A stretch of DNA of 64,000 bases. Origin: Candidatus Latescibacterota bacterium (GTDB lineage: Bacteria; Latescibacterota; UBA2968; GCA-2709665). This document shows positions 18,476 through 28,838 of the stretch, in pieces (within the stretch, counting starts at the first letter, position 1; each line of letters begins with the position of its first letter). The DNA is taken from positions 96,001 through 160,000 of the forward strand of contig OZ252100.1 of assembly GCA_965248435.1 (NCBI GenBank). The letters run 5' to 3'. Made by a program: the position numbers and the translations under genes. The notes beneath the pieces are model-generated. The model was not told the DNA's origin. It did not search any database and worked only from the letters and a program-made list of their open reading frames with translations.

Positions 18476-19324
18476 ATGTCAAAAAAACACAAGAAAAAGA
18501 GCGAAAAAAGTTCACTAGAGGAAGCCAACAAGGGCGAGGCGCGGAAACCGAATGTTTCAGATAAGGTCTACGAGCGCGAGATGGCCAAACTTACTGTAGA
18601 GCTTGTCAAACTCCAGGAGTGGATCAAGCACGAAGATTTGAAGGTCGTGGTGGTTTTTGAAGGACGGGACACGGCGGGGAAAGGGGGGACGATCAAGCGG
18701 ATCACGGAGAGCCTGAATCCCAGGGTCTGCAGAACGGTGGCTTTAGGCGTCCCGACTGAGAAAGAGAAGACCTGGTGGTATTTTCAGCGCTACGTCGCGC
18801 ATCTTCCGGCGGCGGGTGAAATGGTCCTGTTCGACCGAAGCTGGTACAACCGGGCGCTCGTCGAGCAAGTGATGGGGTTCTGCACGGAGGAGGAATACCG
18901 GGAATTTTTGAGATCCTGTCCGGAATTCGAACGGATGCTGATTCGGTCGGGTATCATTCTGATCAAATATTGGCTGTCGGTGAGCGATGAGGAACAGGTC
19001 AGGCGCTTCAAGCGGCGGATCCACGACCCGACGAGGCGATGGAAGCTCTCGCCGATGGATCTGGAATCCTATAGCAGGTGGGTGGACTATTCCAAGGCCA
19101 AAGACGAGATGTTTGCCTACACGGACATCAAACAGGCACCCTGGTACGACGTCGAGGCCGACTGTAAGAAACGGGCTCGGTTGAATTGCATCAGTCACCT
19201 GCTGCGTCAGATCCCATATGAGGACCTGACGCAGGAACCGATCAAACTACCTCCCCGTCAGGTGAAAGGCGGGTATGAACGCCCGCCGAAATCTGACCAG
19301 ACATTTGTACCCGAGGTCTACTGA
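18476..19324 (+). CDS. ppk2: Polyphosphate kinase 2
   Basis: FEGRDTAGKGG, WYFQRY, FDRSWYNR, WKLSPMD; start ATG 18476. Confidence 0.95.
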   Translation: MSKKHKKKSEKSSLEEANKGEARKPNVSDKVYEREMAKLTVELVKLQEWIKHEDLKVVVVFEGRDTAGKGGTIKRITESLNPRVCRTVALGVPTEKEKTWWYFQRYVAHLPAAGEMVLFDRSWYNRALVEQVMGFCTEEEYREFLRSCPEFERMLIRSGIILIKYWLSVSDEEQVRRFKRRIHDPTRRWKLSPMDLESYSRWVDYSKAKDEMFAYTDIKQAPWYDVEADCKKRARLNCISHLLRQIPYEDLTQEPIKLPPRQVKGGYERPPKSDQTFVPEVY

Positions 19325-19989
19325 TGATGAGATCGACCTATCCCGACCTGGATGCGTACCGCATGGAAGTATTCGCGAGGGAGGATGACCTCCTCAAGGG
19401 CATCATGCCCGCTGCCGTTGAAGCAGGGCTTCCTGGAATCTCTGTCAGCCCCGATTCAGGGAAAATGCTCTATTTTCTAGCGAAGACGATTGGTGCCAGG
19501 CAGATTCTGGAATTCGGAACGCTTGCCGGGTATTCCGGGATCTGGTTGGCCCGTGCCCTGCCGCCCGACGGCAGACTCGTGACTCTGGAGATCGATGCTG
19601 ACCACGCGGCGCAGGCAAGGCGCAATTTCGAGGCGGCAGGCTTGAGTGACCGGATAGACCTTCTCGAAGGTGACGGGTTGCGACTCCTGCCGACGCTCGA
19701 CCAGCACGGACCTTTCGATCTGGTGTTCATCGACGCAAACAAGGAAGCCTATCCAAGCTATCTGGACTTTGCGCTGGAACACACGAGGCCGGGTGGACTC
19801 ATCATAGCCGACAACGCCAACGGCCACGGTCATGTCCACGAGCGGCTCGAGGAGGGGGACCGGAGAGAAGGAATACAGGTCTACAATCAGCGCGTGGCAG
19901 ATCATCCCGGATTGATCTCTACGATCATCCCGGTAGGGGGCTGGCTGGCTGTTTCACTGGTTCTGGATGGAGAGGGAGTGAGCCCATGA
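19324..19989 (+). CDS. O-methyltransferase (caffeoyl-CoA OMT-like family)
   Basis: LEFGTLAGYS, FDLVFIDANK, IIADN. Confidence 0.9.
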   Translation: MMRSTYPDLDAYRMEVFAREDDLLKGIMPAAVEAGLPGISVSPDSGKMLYFLAKTIGARQILEFGTLAGYSGIWLARALPPDGRLVTLEIDADHAAQARRNFEAAGLSDRIDLLEGDGLRLLPTLDQHGPFDLVFIDANKEAYPSYLDFALEHTRPGGLIIADNANGHGHVHERLEEGDRREGIQVYNQRVADHPGLISTIIPVGGWLAVSLVLDGEGVSP

Positions 19990-20951
19990 AAATCCTGCTG
20001 ACCCAGAACATGAACGAGACTCTTTCAGCAGAAACCGAAAGTCATTTAGACCGAATACGGTCTGCTTCGAGCGACGTGGAGGTCTTCTTCCCTGATTCCC
20101 AGGAGGAGGTGCTGAAGCTGATGCCACAGATCGACGTTATTTTCGGGGGGATCAATCGTGAAATGTTTCGGCGGGCCGAGCGACTTAAATTGGTGCAGAC
20201 GATGGCTGCCGGAGTGGACAGCATGCTTTTCCCGGAGTTCGTGGAGAGTGAAATCGTGCTCGCGAGCGGCAAGGGGACGGTGGGGGTACACCTCGCAGAG
20301 CAGGCGATGGCTCTGCTACTTGCTCTGACCCGAGGTGTAGCAACAGCGGTAAGAACGAAAGACTGGGACCAGCGCATGCCCATTCGGAAGGCGTCCTGGG
20401 AGCTTGTGGACAGGACGATGGGCATCGTCGGCCTCGGCGGCACCGGGAGAGAGTTGGCCGTTCGTGCAAGCGGGTTCGGGATGCGGCTCCTGGCGGTAGA
20501 TCCTGAGGAAGTGGAGGTTCCGGCGTGTGTCCAGGAATTCTGGGGCATGGACAAGCTCTACGACCTCCTCACGCAATCCGACGTCGTGGCGATCTGCGCA
20601 CCGCTGACTCCCGACACCCGCGGCATGTTCGATCGAGCGGCCTTTGAGAAGATGCAGGCGCATGCCCTCCTCATCAACGTTACGCGGGGCCAGATCGTGG
20701 AAGAAGAGGCCCTTGTGAATGCCCTGAATGAAGGATGGATCGGAGGCGCCGGGTTAGACTGCACGCCGCAAGAGCCTCTGCCCGACGGACATCCGCTCTG
20801 GGAGATGGAGAACGTCGTCATTACGCCTCATACCGCCGGGGGGTCGCCGAATCGGGGGGAAAGGATCCTTGATGTGTTCTGTGAGAATTTGAGACGACTG
20901 ATAGCGGGAGAGCCCCTTATGGGTCAAATCGACAAAAAGAAGGGGTACTGA
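19986..20951 (+). CDS. D-2-hydroxyacid dehydrogenase
   Basis: GIVGLGGTG, INVTRG, GAGLD..PQEPLP, TPHTAG. Confidence 0.92.
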   Translation: MKILLTQNMNETLSAETESHLDRIRSASSDVEVFFPDSQEEVLKLMPQIDVIFGGINREMFRRAERLKLVQTMAAGVDSMLFPEFVESEIVLASGKGTVGVHLAEQAMALLLALTRGVATAVRTKDWDQRMPIRKASWELVDRTMGIVGLGGTGRELAVRASGFGMRLLAVDPEEVEVPACVQEFWGMDKLYDLLTQSDVVAICAPLTPDTRGMFDRAAFEKMQAHALLINVTRGQIVEEEALVNALNEGWIGGAGLDCTPQEPLPDGHPLWEMENVVITPHTAGGSPNRGERILDVFCENLRRLIAGEPLMGQIDKKKGY

Positions 20952-20966
20952 AAGGCGTCGACTATT

Positions 20967-22040
20967 ATGCGCGTGCTGTTCTTCTGGGAAGAGGTCGGGG
21001 GCTTGACGCTCGAGCATAGATGCAACCCCTATGCAGGCCTGCTCGCTAGCGCATTGGAAGAGTTCGATGTCCACCTCGATTTGGGCAAGTACGACTTCGG
21101 TCGAGATTGGCTGGAGGCAGAACGGTCCGACCACGAAGTGCTTCATCTCAACTGGCTTCACGGGTTCTACCGAACCGAGGACTTCGAATCGACTGTCGCA
21201 CGTCTTACGCGATTCACCGAAAACCTGAATTTTGCTCTGAGCCTGGGCTACCGGGTTGTCTGGACGATGCATAACCTGTATCCCCACGAACAACCCTTCC
21301 CGCACGTCGACAGACTGGGAAGGATCGTGGTTTGCGGTGCCGCCGATCACGTGATCGCGCACTGCGAGTTTGCGGCCGAACTGGCCAGAAAACGGTTCCA
21401 TCGGAGGGATCGGCTCCACGTGATCCCACACGGCAACTTCATAGATGTCTTCCCTAACGAAATTTCAAAATCAGAAGCCAGGGAGCAACTTGAAATTCCC
21501 GAGGACGCGTTCGTCTACTTATTCTTCGGGAATGCGAGAGTCTACAAGGGGATCGAATATCTGATCCAGGCATTCTGCAGGGCGGCAGATCAGGACGCCC
21601 TGCTTGCCCTGATGATGAGGGAAGCAACGATCGATCCCGAATACGCAGAAAAGCTCAGGTCCTTGACCGACGGCGACAGCCGCGTGCAGGTGTTTACCTC
21701 TTCATTCTTCGAGAACGATGAATTTCAAACCTACCTCAACGCGGCTGACGTGGCCGTTTTTCCGTTCGTCGAGGTCCTGACCTCCGGATCGGCAATCACA
21801 GCGCTTTCGTTCGGGAAGCCTGTCATTTTGCCGAAGCTTGGCTGTCTCCCTGAATTGATCGATGAGACGATGGGCATTCTCTACGATCCAAACGAGGAGG
21901 ACGGTCTGGAGCGCGCCTTGGGGACGATCAGGGAGCGAGATCTGAAACCGGCCGGTCAGGCAGCGCTGGAAAGGGCCAGGGATCTGGACTGGCACAAAAT
22001 TGCTGGGAGGGTGGCCGAGGTCTACAGAAATGAAAGTTAG
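20967..22040 (+). CDS. Glycosyltransferase family 4
   Basis: WTMHNL, VIPHG, FFGNARVYKG, SGSAITALSFGKPVI. Confidence 0.88.
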   Translation: MRVLFFWEEVGGLTLEHRCNPYAGLLASALEEFDVHLDLGKYDFGRDWLEAERSDHEVLHLNWLHGFYRTEDFESTVARLTRFTENLNFALSLGYRVVWTMHNLYPHEQPFPHVDRLGRIVVCGAADHVIAHCEFAAELARKRFHRRDRLHVIPHGNFIDVFPNEISKSEAREQLEIPEDAFVYLFFGNARVYKGIEYLIQAFCRAADQDALLALMMREATIDPEYAEKLRSLTDGDSRVQVFTSSFFENDEFQTYLNAADVAVFPFVEVLTSGSAITALSFGKPVILPKLGCLPELIDETMGILYDPNEEDGLERALGTIRERDLKPAGQAALERARDLDWHKIAGRVAEVYRNES

Positions 22041-22092
22041 CACAGGAAGCCATCCAACTTAGACAACGTATTCATCCGGTAGAGGGCGGGAA

Positions 22093-22671
22093 ATGGCTGA
22101 TACACCCAAGCAGTTTGCTGAAAGTTACATCACGACCAACCTGCGCGTCCTGTCCGGTCTGGACCCGTCAAAGGTCGCGGAAGTCATCGAAGCGGTCCGA
22201 ATTGCGGGCGAAACGGGCAAGTGCGTCTATGCGATCGGGAACGGGGGAAGCGCAAGCACCGCTTCCCATTTCGTGAACGATCTGGGGAAGGGCGCATCCC
22301 TTGGAAGGGAGAAGCGCTTCAAGGTGATCTCTCTCACTGACAACGTAGAGTGGATGACCGCGCTGAGTAACGACCTCTCCTACGAAGATGTGTTCGTGGA
22401 GCAGTTGCGGAACTTTGCAGAACCCGGGGATGTTCTGATTGCGATCAGCGGAAGTGGAAATTCCGAGAACGTGCTGAGGGCGGTACGCTACGCAAATGAA
22501 ACGGGATGTCGGACGATCGGGTTTACCGGGTTTGATGGGGGAAAGCTGGCAGGCCTCGTTGAATTGCCGATCGTGGTCGATTCAGATCACATGGGCCGCA
22601 TCGAAGACATGCACATGATCTTGCAGCACATGATCTGCTATTACTTCATGGAGGCGGATGGAGGTTCGTGA
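22093..22671 (+). CDS. gmhA: SIS-domain phosphoheptose isomerase-like protein (GmhA family)
   Basis: GNGGSASTASHF, ISGSGNSENV, IEDMH. Confidence 0.82.
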   Translation: MADTPKQFAESYITTNLRVLSGLDPSKVAEVIEAVRIAGETGKCVYAIGNGGSASTASHFVNDLGKGASLGREKRFKVISLTDNVEWMTALSNDLSYEDVFVEQLRNFAEPGDVLIAISGSGNSENVLRAVRYANETGCRTIGFTGFDGGKLAGLVELPIVVDSDHMGRIEDMHMILQHMICYYFMEADGGS

Positions 22672-23744
22672 TCCTTCGTGAGGCCAGTCTACTGTTTTTG
22701 TGGGCCCTGTTTGGATACGATCTCGATTTCGGGTATCTGGCTCAGCTGATTCGAGGACAGGCCCACTTGCTTTGGAATCGAGAGCCGATCGAGACGGTAC
22801 TACGTCGGGAGGGCGTCGATGCTGCCGTCAGGAAGCAGCTCGAGTTTGTTCAGGATGTCCTTGCCTTCGGAAGGGCGAAAATAGGGCTGCACTCATCAGA
22901 CAACTATACGACCTATTGTGAGATCGGGTCAGGCCCGGTCTGCTGGGCTCTTGTCGCCTGCCCGAAAGATCGGCTGGATCCTCTGAAATGGAGTTATCCC
23001 ATCGTCGGCGTCGCACCTTACAGGGGCTACTTTGATCTTCAGCTTGCCGAGCAAGATCAGGAGAAACTGGAGTCGGAGGGATACGACACATACCTGAGGC
23101 CCGTGAGCGCTTACAGTACTCTGGGTTGGTTCTCTGATCCCATCTTGAGTTCGATGCTGCGTTTTCAGGATGCGGATCTCGCGAGCCTGCTGATTCACGA
23201 GCTGACGCACGCAACGATCTGGATTCTGTCCGATGCAGGCTTTAACGAAAGCCTGGCAACCTTTGTCGGAGAAACCGGAAGCCTCTATTTCCTGGAGTCC
23301 AAGCATGGACACGACTCTCCAGAAGTCCAGGAAGTTATCGCCCGCCGCGCAGACCGGCGGGCGTTCCTTGTTTTTATGGCCGGGCTGGTCAAGGAACTGC
23401 AGTCGCTCTACGACTCCGATCGTGGATATGAGGAAAAACTAAGGGAACGTGAGAAGATCTTTGCCGAAGCCAGATCAAGCTTCTTCGAATTGCCCATGCG
23501 GACCGATTCATACACTGGCTTTCCTCGATGGGAGATGAACAACGCCCGGTTGGCTTCCTTTAGAACCTACACGGAAAGGCTAGATCTGTTCGAAGAGGTC
23601 TACCTGGCGGCGGGAAACGACCTCAAAGCAGCGGTGAAGGTCTTTGCGGGCTGCAGGGATCTGGAAGATCCAAGGGGTTATCTGGAAGCGTGGATTCGCA
23701 ACCATTCACGTCGAAGCGGAGTCACGGTTCGTGGCACAGGATGA
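22668..23744 (+). CDS. Putative zinc aminopeptidase
   Basis: PYRGYF, AYSTLGWFSDP, IHELTH...FNESLATFVG. Confidence 0.85.
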   Translation: MILREASLLFLWALFGYDLDFGYLAQLIRGQAHLLWNREPIETVLRREGVDAAVRKQLEFVQDVLAFGRAKIGLHSSDNYTTYCEIGSGPVCWALVACPKDRLDPLKWSYPIVGVAPYRGYFDLQLAEQDQEKLESEGYDTYLRPVSAYSTLGWFSDPILSSMLRFQDADLASLLIHELTHATIWILSDAGFNESLATFVGETGSLYFLESKHGHDSPEVQEVIARRADRRAFLVFMAGLVKELQSLYDSDRGYEEKLREREKIFAEARSSFFELPMRTDSYTGFPRWEMNNARLASFRTYTERLDLFEEVYLAAGNDLKAAVKVFAGCRDLEDPRGYLEAWIRNHSRRSGVTVRGTG

Positions 23745-24054
23745 CAAAGAAGCCCTGCTTCGAGAGATTTACGCGGTCGTGGCCACCATTCCTGAGGGAA
23801 CTGTGGCGACATACGGACAGGTTGCGGAACAGGTGGGCGTAGGGCCAAGACACGTGGGACAGGCTCTGGCTGCACTTCCTTCCGGGTCAGACTGTCCGTG
23901 GCACCGCGTCATCAATACCCACGGACGCGTCTCGGTTCGACCGAATGTGCAAGAGGCTGAAGAGGTCCAAAGGATGCGACTCGAAGGGGAGGGTGTCCAA
24001 TTCAACGACGGGAAGGTGGACCTAAGTATCTTTCGTTGGCATCCACAGGTTTGA
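23731..24054 (+). CDS. Alkyltransferase-like protein (Atl/YbaZ, MGMT family)
   Basis: IPEGTVATYGQVA and PWHRV (Trp in place of the catalytic Cys). Confidence 0.88.
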   Translation: MAQDDKEALLREIYAVVATIPEGTVATYGQVAEQVGVGPRHVGQALAALPSGSDCPWHRVINTHGRVSVRPNVQEAEEVQRMRLEGEGVQFNDGKVDLSIFRWHPQV

Positions 24055-24118
24055 ACCAATTCGATGCACGTCAGGGCTTCATGGAAGGCCGTAAGACCAT
24101 TGGGCAGAGGAATTTCTG

Positions 24119-24147
24119 TTGACAAAGGCATGCTATTTGCATATCAT
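24119..24147 (+). promoter_or_regulatory. sigma70 promoter upstream of HU
   Basis: TTGACA-N17-TATCAT. Confidence 0.65.
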
Positions 24148-24242
24148 CTTTCGTCTAGGCTGTGGGTAAGTCCCTGTAGACCGTGATGCTTAAGGTTCCT
24201 TGATTTGCCTTTTCTACATTTGATCGCGTGAAAGGATAAGAT

Positions 24243-24533
24243 GTGACCAAGGCCGACATCGTGAACCAGATCGCAGAGTCCACGGGACTGACGAAGACCG
24301 ACACGGCAGCGGTCGTGGAACAATTTCTCAGATCCGTAATATCCGCTCTGCAGCAGGGGGATCATATCGAGATCAGGGGCTTTGGCACGTTTAAAGTTGT
24401 GACTCGGGCTTCGAGGACTGGGCGAAATCCGAAGACGGGCGATGTCGTAAAGATTCCAGAAAGGCCGGTTCCGGTTTTCAAGCCGTCTCGCGAGCTTCGG
24501 TCTGGGGTCGATGATCGTCTCAAGGGACGTTAG
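24243..24533 (+). CDS. HU/IHF-family DNA-binding protein
   Basis: MTKADIV, IRGFGTF, RTGRNPKTG, PVFKPS. Confidence 0.95.
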   Translation: MTKADIVNQIAESTGLTKTDTAAVVEQFLRSVISALQQGDHIEIRGFGTFKVVTRASRTGRNPKTGDVVKIPERPVPVFKPSRELRSGVDDRLKGR

Positions 24534-24684
24534 AGCTGCGAACGTAACAACGCAGACAGGAGGGAGAACAAGTGCCCTGCGGTAGAAAGCGAAAACGACA
24601 CAAGATTGCCACGCACAAAAGAAAGAAGCGTCGCAGGAGAGATAGACACAAGAAGAGGGGCTGATAGGGCTTCTTGAACCCGCC

Positions 24685-24762
24685 GGGGCATTAGCTCAGT
24701 CTGGATAGAGCGCTGGTCTCCGGAACCAGAGGTCACAGGTTCGAATCCTGTATGTCCCACCA
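24685..24762 (+). tRNA. tRNA-Arg(CCG)
   Basis: Acceptor GGGGCAT/ATGTCCC, anticodon arm CTGGT-CTCCGGA-ACCAG, GTTCGAATC, encoded CCA. Confidence 0.96.
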
Positions 24763-24770
24763 GTCGATAT

Positions 24771-24808
24771 GGGGTTACGGCTAAATCTTGCCGTAACCCC
24801 TTTTTTTT
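24771..24808 (+). terminator. Intrinsic terminator after tRNA-Arg
   Basis: GGGGTTACGGC-N8-GCCGTAACCCC then a T run. Confidence 0.85.
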
Positions 24809-25177
24809 CGGTCAAATCGGGGACCACGCAGGGGCCAGAGTGACGTGCGGATCTTTTGTAGAGGGTTCAGATTGGGTCTCCGGGCGTCGATAATTGATAT
24901 TGACCCACACGATTGAGCCTCGAATGCTTGAGCTTTGCACTGGGTTGGGACTGGATGCAAGTTAACATATTGAAAAAACGACATATGCATCGATAGTTCA
25001 GATTCATATTGAAGCCCTTCCCAGACCTGTCACGATGACAGGAGTGTAGGGGATAAATCCCGCCAAAAAGGCCAGTAGTTTCGACGGGGAGTCCGAACTG
25101 TGGAACTTTATCGTTCACGAACCGTCTAATTTGTGTCGCCCCTTGAGCCGGACAAACAGATGGAGTGACCGCGTACT

Positions 25178-26047
25178 ATGGATCCATACGAACCCATGCG
25201 AAAATCGTATGCCCACGATGCATCCGTTCAGAGATACCTGAAGGAGCTTCGTAAGTATCCGCCTCTGCCGCGCCACGAAGAACAGGAGACACTTCGTCGG
25301 GCCCGAAAAGGCGATCAGCAAGCCGTCGAGCACCTGATCACGTCCAACCTCAGGTTCGTTGTTCGTGTGGCCCTGGAGTATCAGGGAAGGGGTGTTCCGT
25401 TATCGGACCTCATCGCTGAAGGTAACGTCGGATTGATGGAGGCCCTGAAGCGCTTCGACGAAGGTCGCGGCTTCAAATTCATCAGTTATGCCGTCTGGTG
25501 GATCCGGCAGGCCATCCTGAACGCCCTGAAACGCACCCCCACTGTAGCTGTGCCTGCGAATCGCCAGGAGGATTTGGACCGCATGGCGAGGCGGTGGGGA
25601 CAGATGACTCAGGAGCTGGGCCGGATTCCAACGCTGGATGAGGTCGCGAGTGACATGAAGATCAGCACGAAGCGAGCCGAACGTGCCCTAGGATGCGTCC
25701 GATCCGACCTCTCCCTCGAGGCGCCCATGGATGCTTCAGGAGAGCAGTCGCTGCTCCAGATCTTGCAGACGGAGGATCCAGAACCGGACGAACTGGTGTT
25801 GGAACGGGATTGTGTCGAGCTCATCTCCGAGTCTATGATCTCCTGCCTGGATGGGCGTGAAGCGGGTGTGATTCGGGACTATTTCGGTCTTGATGGCGAG
25901 GAAAGACAAACGCTCGGAGAGATCGGGGTCGGCTTGGGTGTTACAAGAGAGCGCGTGCGACAGATTCGAAATCGTGCGCTCAACAAGCTTCGTCGGTTCT
26001 TCAAGCAGCGTGTTTCAGCTGAAGAATCTTGGAAAGACCTAGTATAG
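25178..26047 (+). CDS. RpoD/RpoS-family (group 2-like) sigma factor
   Basis: SNLRFVV, DLIAEGNVGL, FKFISYAVWWIRQ, TRERVRQI; no region 1.1. Confidence 0.92.
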   Translation: MDPYEPMRKSYAHDASVQRYLKELRKYPPLPRHEEQETLRRARKGDQQAVEHLITSNLRFVVRVALEYQGRGVPLSDLIAEGNVGLMEALKRFDEGRGFKFISYAVWWIRQAILNALKRTPTVAVPANRQEDLDRMARRWGQMTQELGRIPTLDEVASDMKISTKRAERALGCVRSDLSLEAPMDASGEQSLLQILQTEDPEPDELVLERDCVELISESMISCLDGREAGVIRDYFGLDGEERQTLGEIGVGLGVTRERVRQIRNRALNKLRRFFKQRVSAEESWKDLV

Positions 26048-26068
26048 AGCGCAGATCAGTGGGATTGT

Positions 26069-26102
26069 GGCGGGTAGGGCCCAGGTGCCTTATCCGCCCT
26101 TT
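26069..26102 (+). terminator. Probable intrinsic terminator
   Basis: GGCGGGTAGGGC-N6-GCCTTATCCGCC then CTTT. Confidence 0.6.
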
Positions 26103-26212
26103 CTGTAGTACCCAATGCCAGTTGAGAAAACAGAAATTCATTGATTTACCTCTTGTTATTTCTTAAATTGCGGCTGTCTGTGCGCTGAATTCAGGGCCAC
26201 ATTCTCGAAGGA

Positions 26213-27121
26213 GTGGAATTGGAAACGGTAACATCTCCGCCGGAGTTTAAGCACACCGAGAGGATCGCGGTGAGAACGTGGGACCCACCCAAATCGAAAT
26301 CGTTTGGGACGGTCCTCTCCGGGCTCTGGAAACGGTTGGTCGACCACCATTGCACCGATGTGGCGGGAGAAGCGGCTTTTGATTTTGCTTTTTCTATTTT
26401 TCCCGCAGCCCTGTTTGCTGCCACACTAGCCGGACTGCTCGGGATTACTCCGGAATTCGTTTCGAACTCACTCGACGTAATGGGCATTTTCCTCCACGAT
26501 ACCATTCGAAACATGGTGGAAGACAACGTGCGGTCGCTCGTCGAGAGCAGCTCACAGCAGGTTCTGACGATAGGACTTCTGGGTGCCGTCTGGGCGTCGT
26601 CAAGCGCGATCTCCGCCACGCAAAAGGCGATGAATCGGGCTTACGGGATCAAGGAGACGCGTTCATTCCTCTACAGAAGAACACAATCCCTGGGCTTGAT
26701 GCTGGGCGTGGGTTTGGCCATGGTGATAGCCTTTAACCTCCTTGTCATGGGGACCTGGATTGAAACCGAACTCCTGGTGAGGCTAAGACTCCAGGACGTA
26801 CTTCCCTCGCTGATTTCGTATACAAAGTGGCCCCTCGGTTTTCTGAGCGCGATTATGATGGCCGGACTGATCTACCGCATGGCTCCGAACTGCCGTCCCA
26901 GGCTCAAAGAAGTCCTTCCAGGAGCCGTGTTCTTTTCAATCTTGTGGTTTTTTCTTTCGAAGGCGTTCGGAAGCTATGTGTCCAACTTTGGCTACTATAA
27001 CAAGGTTACGGGCGTTCTGGGCGTTTTCATCGTTTTGCTGCTTTGGATCTATCTCACTGCCCTGATCCTGCTCATCGGAGGTGAGTTGAATGCCGAATTG
27101 AGCCATAAAGAGGGCCAGTGA
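26213..27121 (+). CDS. YihY/BrkB family membrane protein
   Basis: AF..SIFP, AMNRAYG..ETR, LLLWIYL...LLIGGELNA. Confidence 0.9.
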   Translation: MELETVTSPPEFKHTERIAVRTWDPPKSKSFGTVLSGLWKRLVDHHCTDVAGEAAFDFAFSIFPAALFAATLAGLLGITPEFVSNSLDVMGIFLHDTIRNMVEDNVRSLVESSSQQVLTIGLLGAVWASSSAISATQKAMNRAYGIKETRSFLYRRTQSLGLMLGVGLAMVIAFNLLVMGTWIETELLVRLRLQDVLPSLISYTKWPLGFLSAIMMAGLIYRMAPNCRPRLKEVLPGAVFFSILWFFLSKAFGSYVSNFGYYNKVTGVLGVFIVLLLWIYLTALILLIGGELNAELSHKEGQ

Positions 27122-27272
27122 GCAAGACGAACTCCCATTTTCTAAAAGCTCGTGAACCTGACGCTTCTAACCCACCTCATCCCGGCCTCCAGTCGGGATT
27201 TCATTTTTTTTGTGGGCATGATGCGTCGATCAAAGCCTGCACCCATTCCTATCCTCCACCCCGCGTGAGATC

Positions 27273-28046
27273 ATGACCGGATTGTTTCATTTTCTCGGCT
27301 ATCGATTGTTCCGGTTCTTCGGCCAGATCTACCAGATGTATCGGTATTTCCTGAGATGTTTGAAGGTACTTCGCCATGTCTATTTCTACCGGCGGCAGGT
27401 CGTAGACCAATGCTACACGATCGGCGTAGGCTCTCTGTCTCTCGTCTGCCTGGTTTCAGCCTTCAGCGGGATGGCTGTGTCGATTCAAATGGCATACCAG
27501 ATGGAAGCGTATGTGCCGGATTACATGGTTGGGAGCATTGTGGTTCGTTCGGTCGTGCTTGAACTCGCTCCTGTACTTATGGGCCTCGTGCTTGCGGGTC
27601 GAGTGGGCGCTGGTATTGCGTCTGAGATAGGTACCATGAAGGTCTCAGAACAGGTGGACGCCCTGACCTCTCTCGCCGTAGATCCCGTTGGGTATTTGAT
27701 GATGCCCAGGCTGCTTGCGGGACTGGTGATGATTCCCGTTCTTGTAGTTTTTTCCAGCTTTGTGGCGATCTGCGCCGGGTTCATCATGGCGATTGTGAAG
27801 ATGGATATCAGCATCTTCAATTTCATAAAGGGCATGAAACTCGATTTCCAGGCATATGATGTTGTTGTCGGATTGGTGAAGGCGACCGTTTTTGGGGGAC
27901 TGATCGCCTTCGTAGGCTGCTTCGTGGGTCTTGAGACGGAAGGCGGCGCCCAGGGCGTGGGGCGGGCCGCGACGACGGCCGTGGTGATTTCTTCTGCGCT
28001 CATTCTGATATTGGACTATTTTTTGACCCATGCGTTACTCTACTAA
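27273..28046 (+). CDS. mlaE: MlaE ABC permease
   Basis: ELAPV, AGRVGAGIASEIGTMKVSEQVDAL, GVGRAATTAVV. Confidence 0.93.
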   Translation: MTGLFHFLGYRLFRFFGQIYQMYRYFLRCLKVLRHVYFYRRQVVDQCYTIGVGSLSLVCLVSAFSGMAVSIQMAYQMEAYVPDYMVGSIVVRSVVLELAPVLMGLVLAGRVGAGIASEIGTMKVSEQVDALTSLAVDPVGYLMMPRLLAGLVMIPVLVVFSSFVAICAGFIMAIVKMDISIFNFIKGMKLDFQAYDVVVGLVKATVFGGLIAFVGCFVGLETEGGAQGVGRAATTAVVISSALILILDYFLTHALLY

Positions 28047-28073
28047 CCGCCTTGGAACGGTTCCGGGGGCGTG

Positions 28074-28817
28074 ATGACTAAAAACGGTGCAGCAATCGTA
28101 TTCGAAAATGTCTACAAGGAATTCGACAACAAAGAGGTTCTGAGAGGCTTGGATCTAAAGGTTGGATGGGGGGGTGTGACGACGATATTGGGTCCAAGCG
28201 GCTGCGGAAAGAGCGTAACGCTCAAGCACGTCATCGGGATTCTCAAGGCCGAAAGGGGGCGTGTGGAGGTTGCGGGCTACGACATGAACGTGATCAAAGA
28301 GAACGAACTGATGGATCTTCGCAAGCGCATCGGCGTGCTCTTTCAGTCATCGGCGCTTTTCGATTCCATGACCGTCAAGGAGAATATCGCTTTCGGGCTC
28401 AGGATGCACAGAAAGATGGACGAAAGGGAGATATCGGAGCGGGTCCAGATCTGCCTGAACGAGGTCGGATTGGAGGGTGCCGAGGAGATGATGCCGGTGG
28501 ACCTGTCGGGGGGAATGCGAAAGCGCGCTGCCCTGGCCCGGGCAATTGCCCTTTCCCCTGATTTCGTTCTTTACGATGAGCCCACGACCGGTCTGGATCC
28601 AAGGACGGCTAACGTCGTGGCCGAATTGATCGTTAAACTTCAAAGTGATCTGGACATTACCTCCGTGGTCGTGACCCACGACCTCGAAGTCGCAAAGAGA
28701 ATCTCCGACGACATCGCACTGCTTTATGAAGGCCGGATTGCCGCACAGGGGCCGCCCGAGGAACTGGAAAGAGGAGAAAATGAAGTCTATAAGCTCTTCG
28801 TGTCTGGCCAATTATAG
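28074..28817 (+). CDS. mlaF: MlaF ABC ATPase
   Basis: GPSGCGKS, FQSSALFDS, LSGGMRKR, LYDEPTTGLDP. Confidence 0.93.
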   Translation: MTKNGAAIVFENVYKEFDNKEVLRGLDLKVGWGGVTTILGPSGCGKSVTLKHVIGILKAERGRVEVAGYDMNVIKENELMDLRKRIGVLFQSSALFDSMTVKENIAFGLRMHRKMDEREISERVQICLNEVGLEGAEEMMPVDLSGGMRKRAALARAIALSPDFVLYDEPTTGLDPRTANVVAELIVKLQSDLDITSVVVTHDLEVAKRISDDIALLYEGRIAAQGPPEELERGENEVYKLFVSGQL

Positions 28818-28838
28818 CAATTGTAGAAGAGGGGGAAC

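Noticed and set aside
23731-24054. Inactive O6-methylguanine methyltransferase as a novelty
   Set aside because: PWHRV is the established signature of alkyltransferase-like proteins.
24530-24760. ORFs overlapping tRNAs (also 32762-32968, 44369-44707, 44376-44681)
   Set aside because: Shadow translations of tRNA genes.
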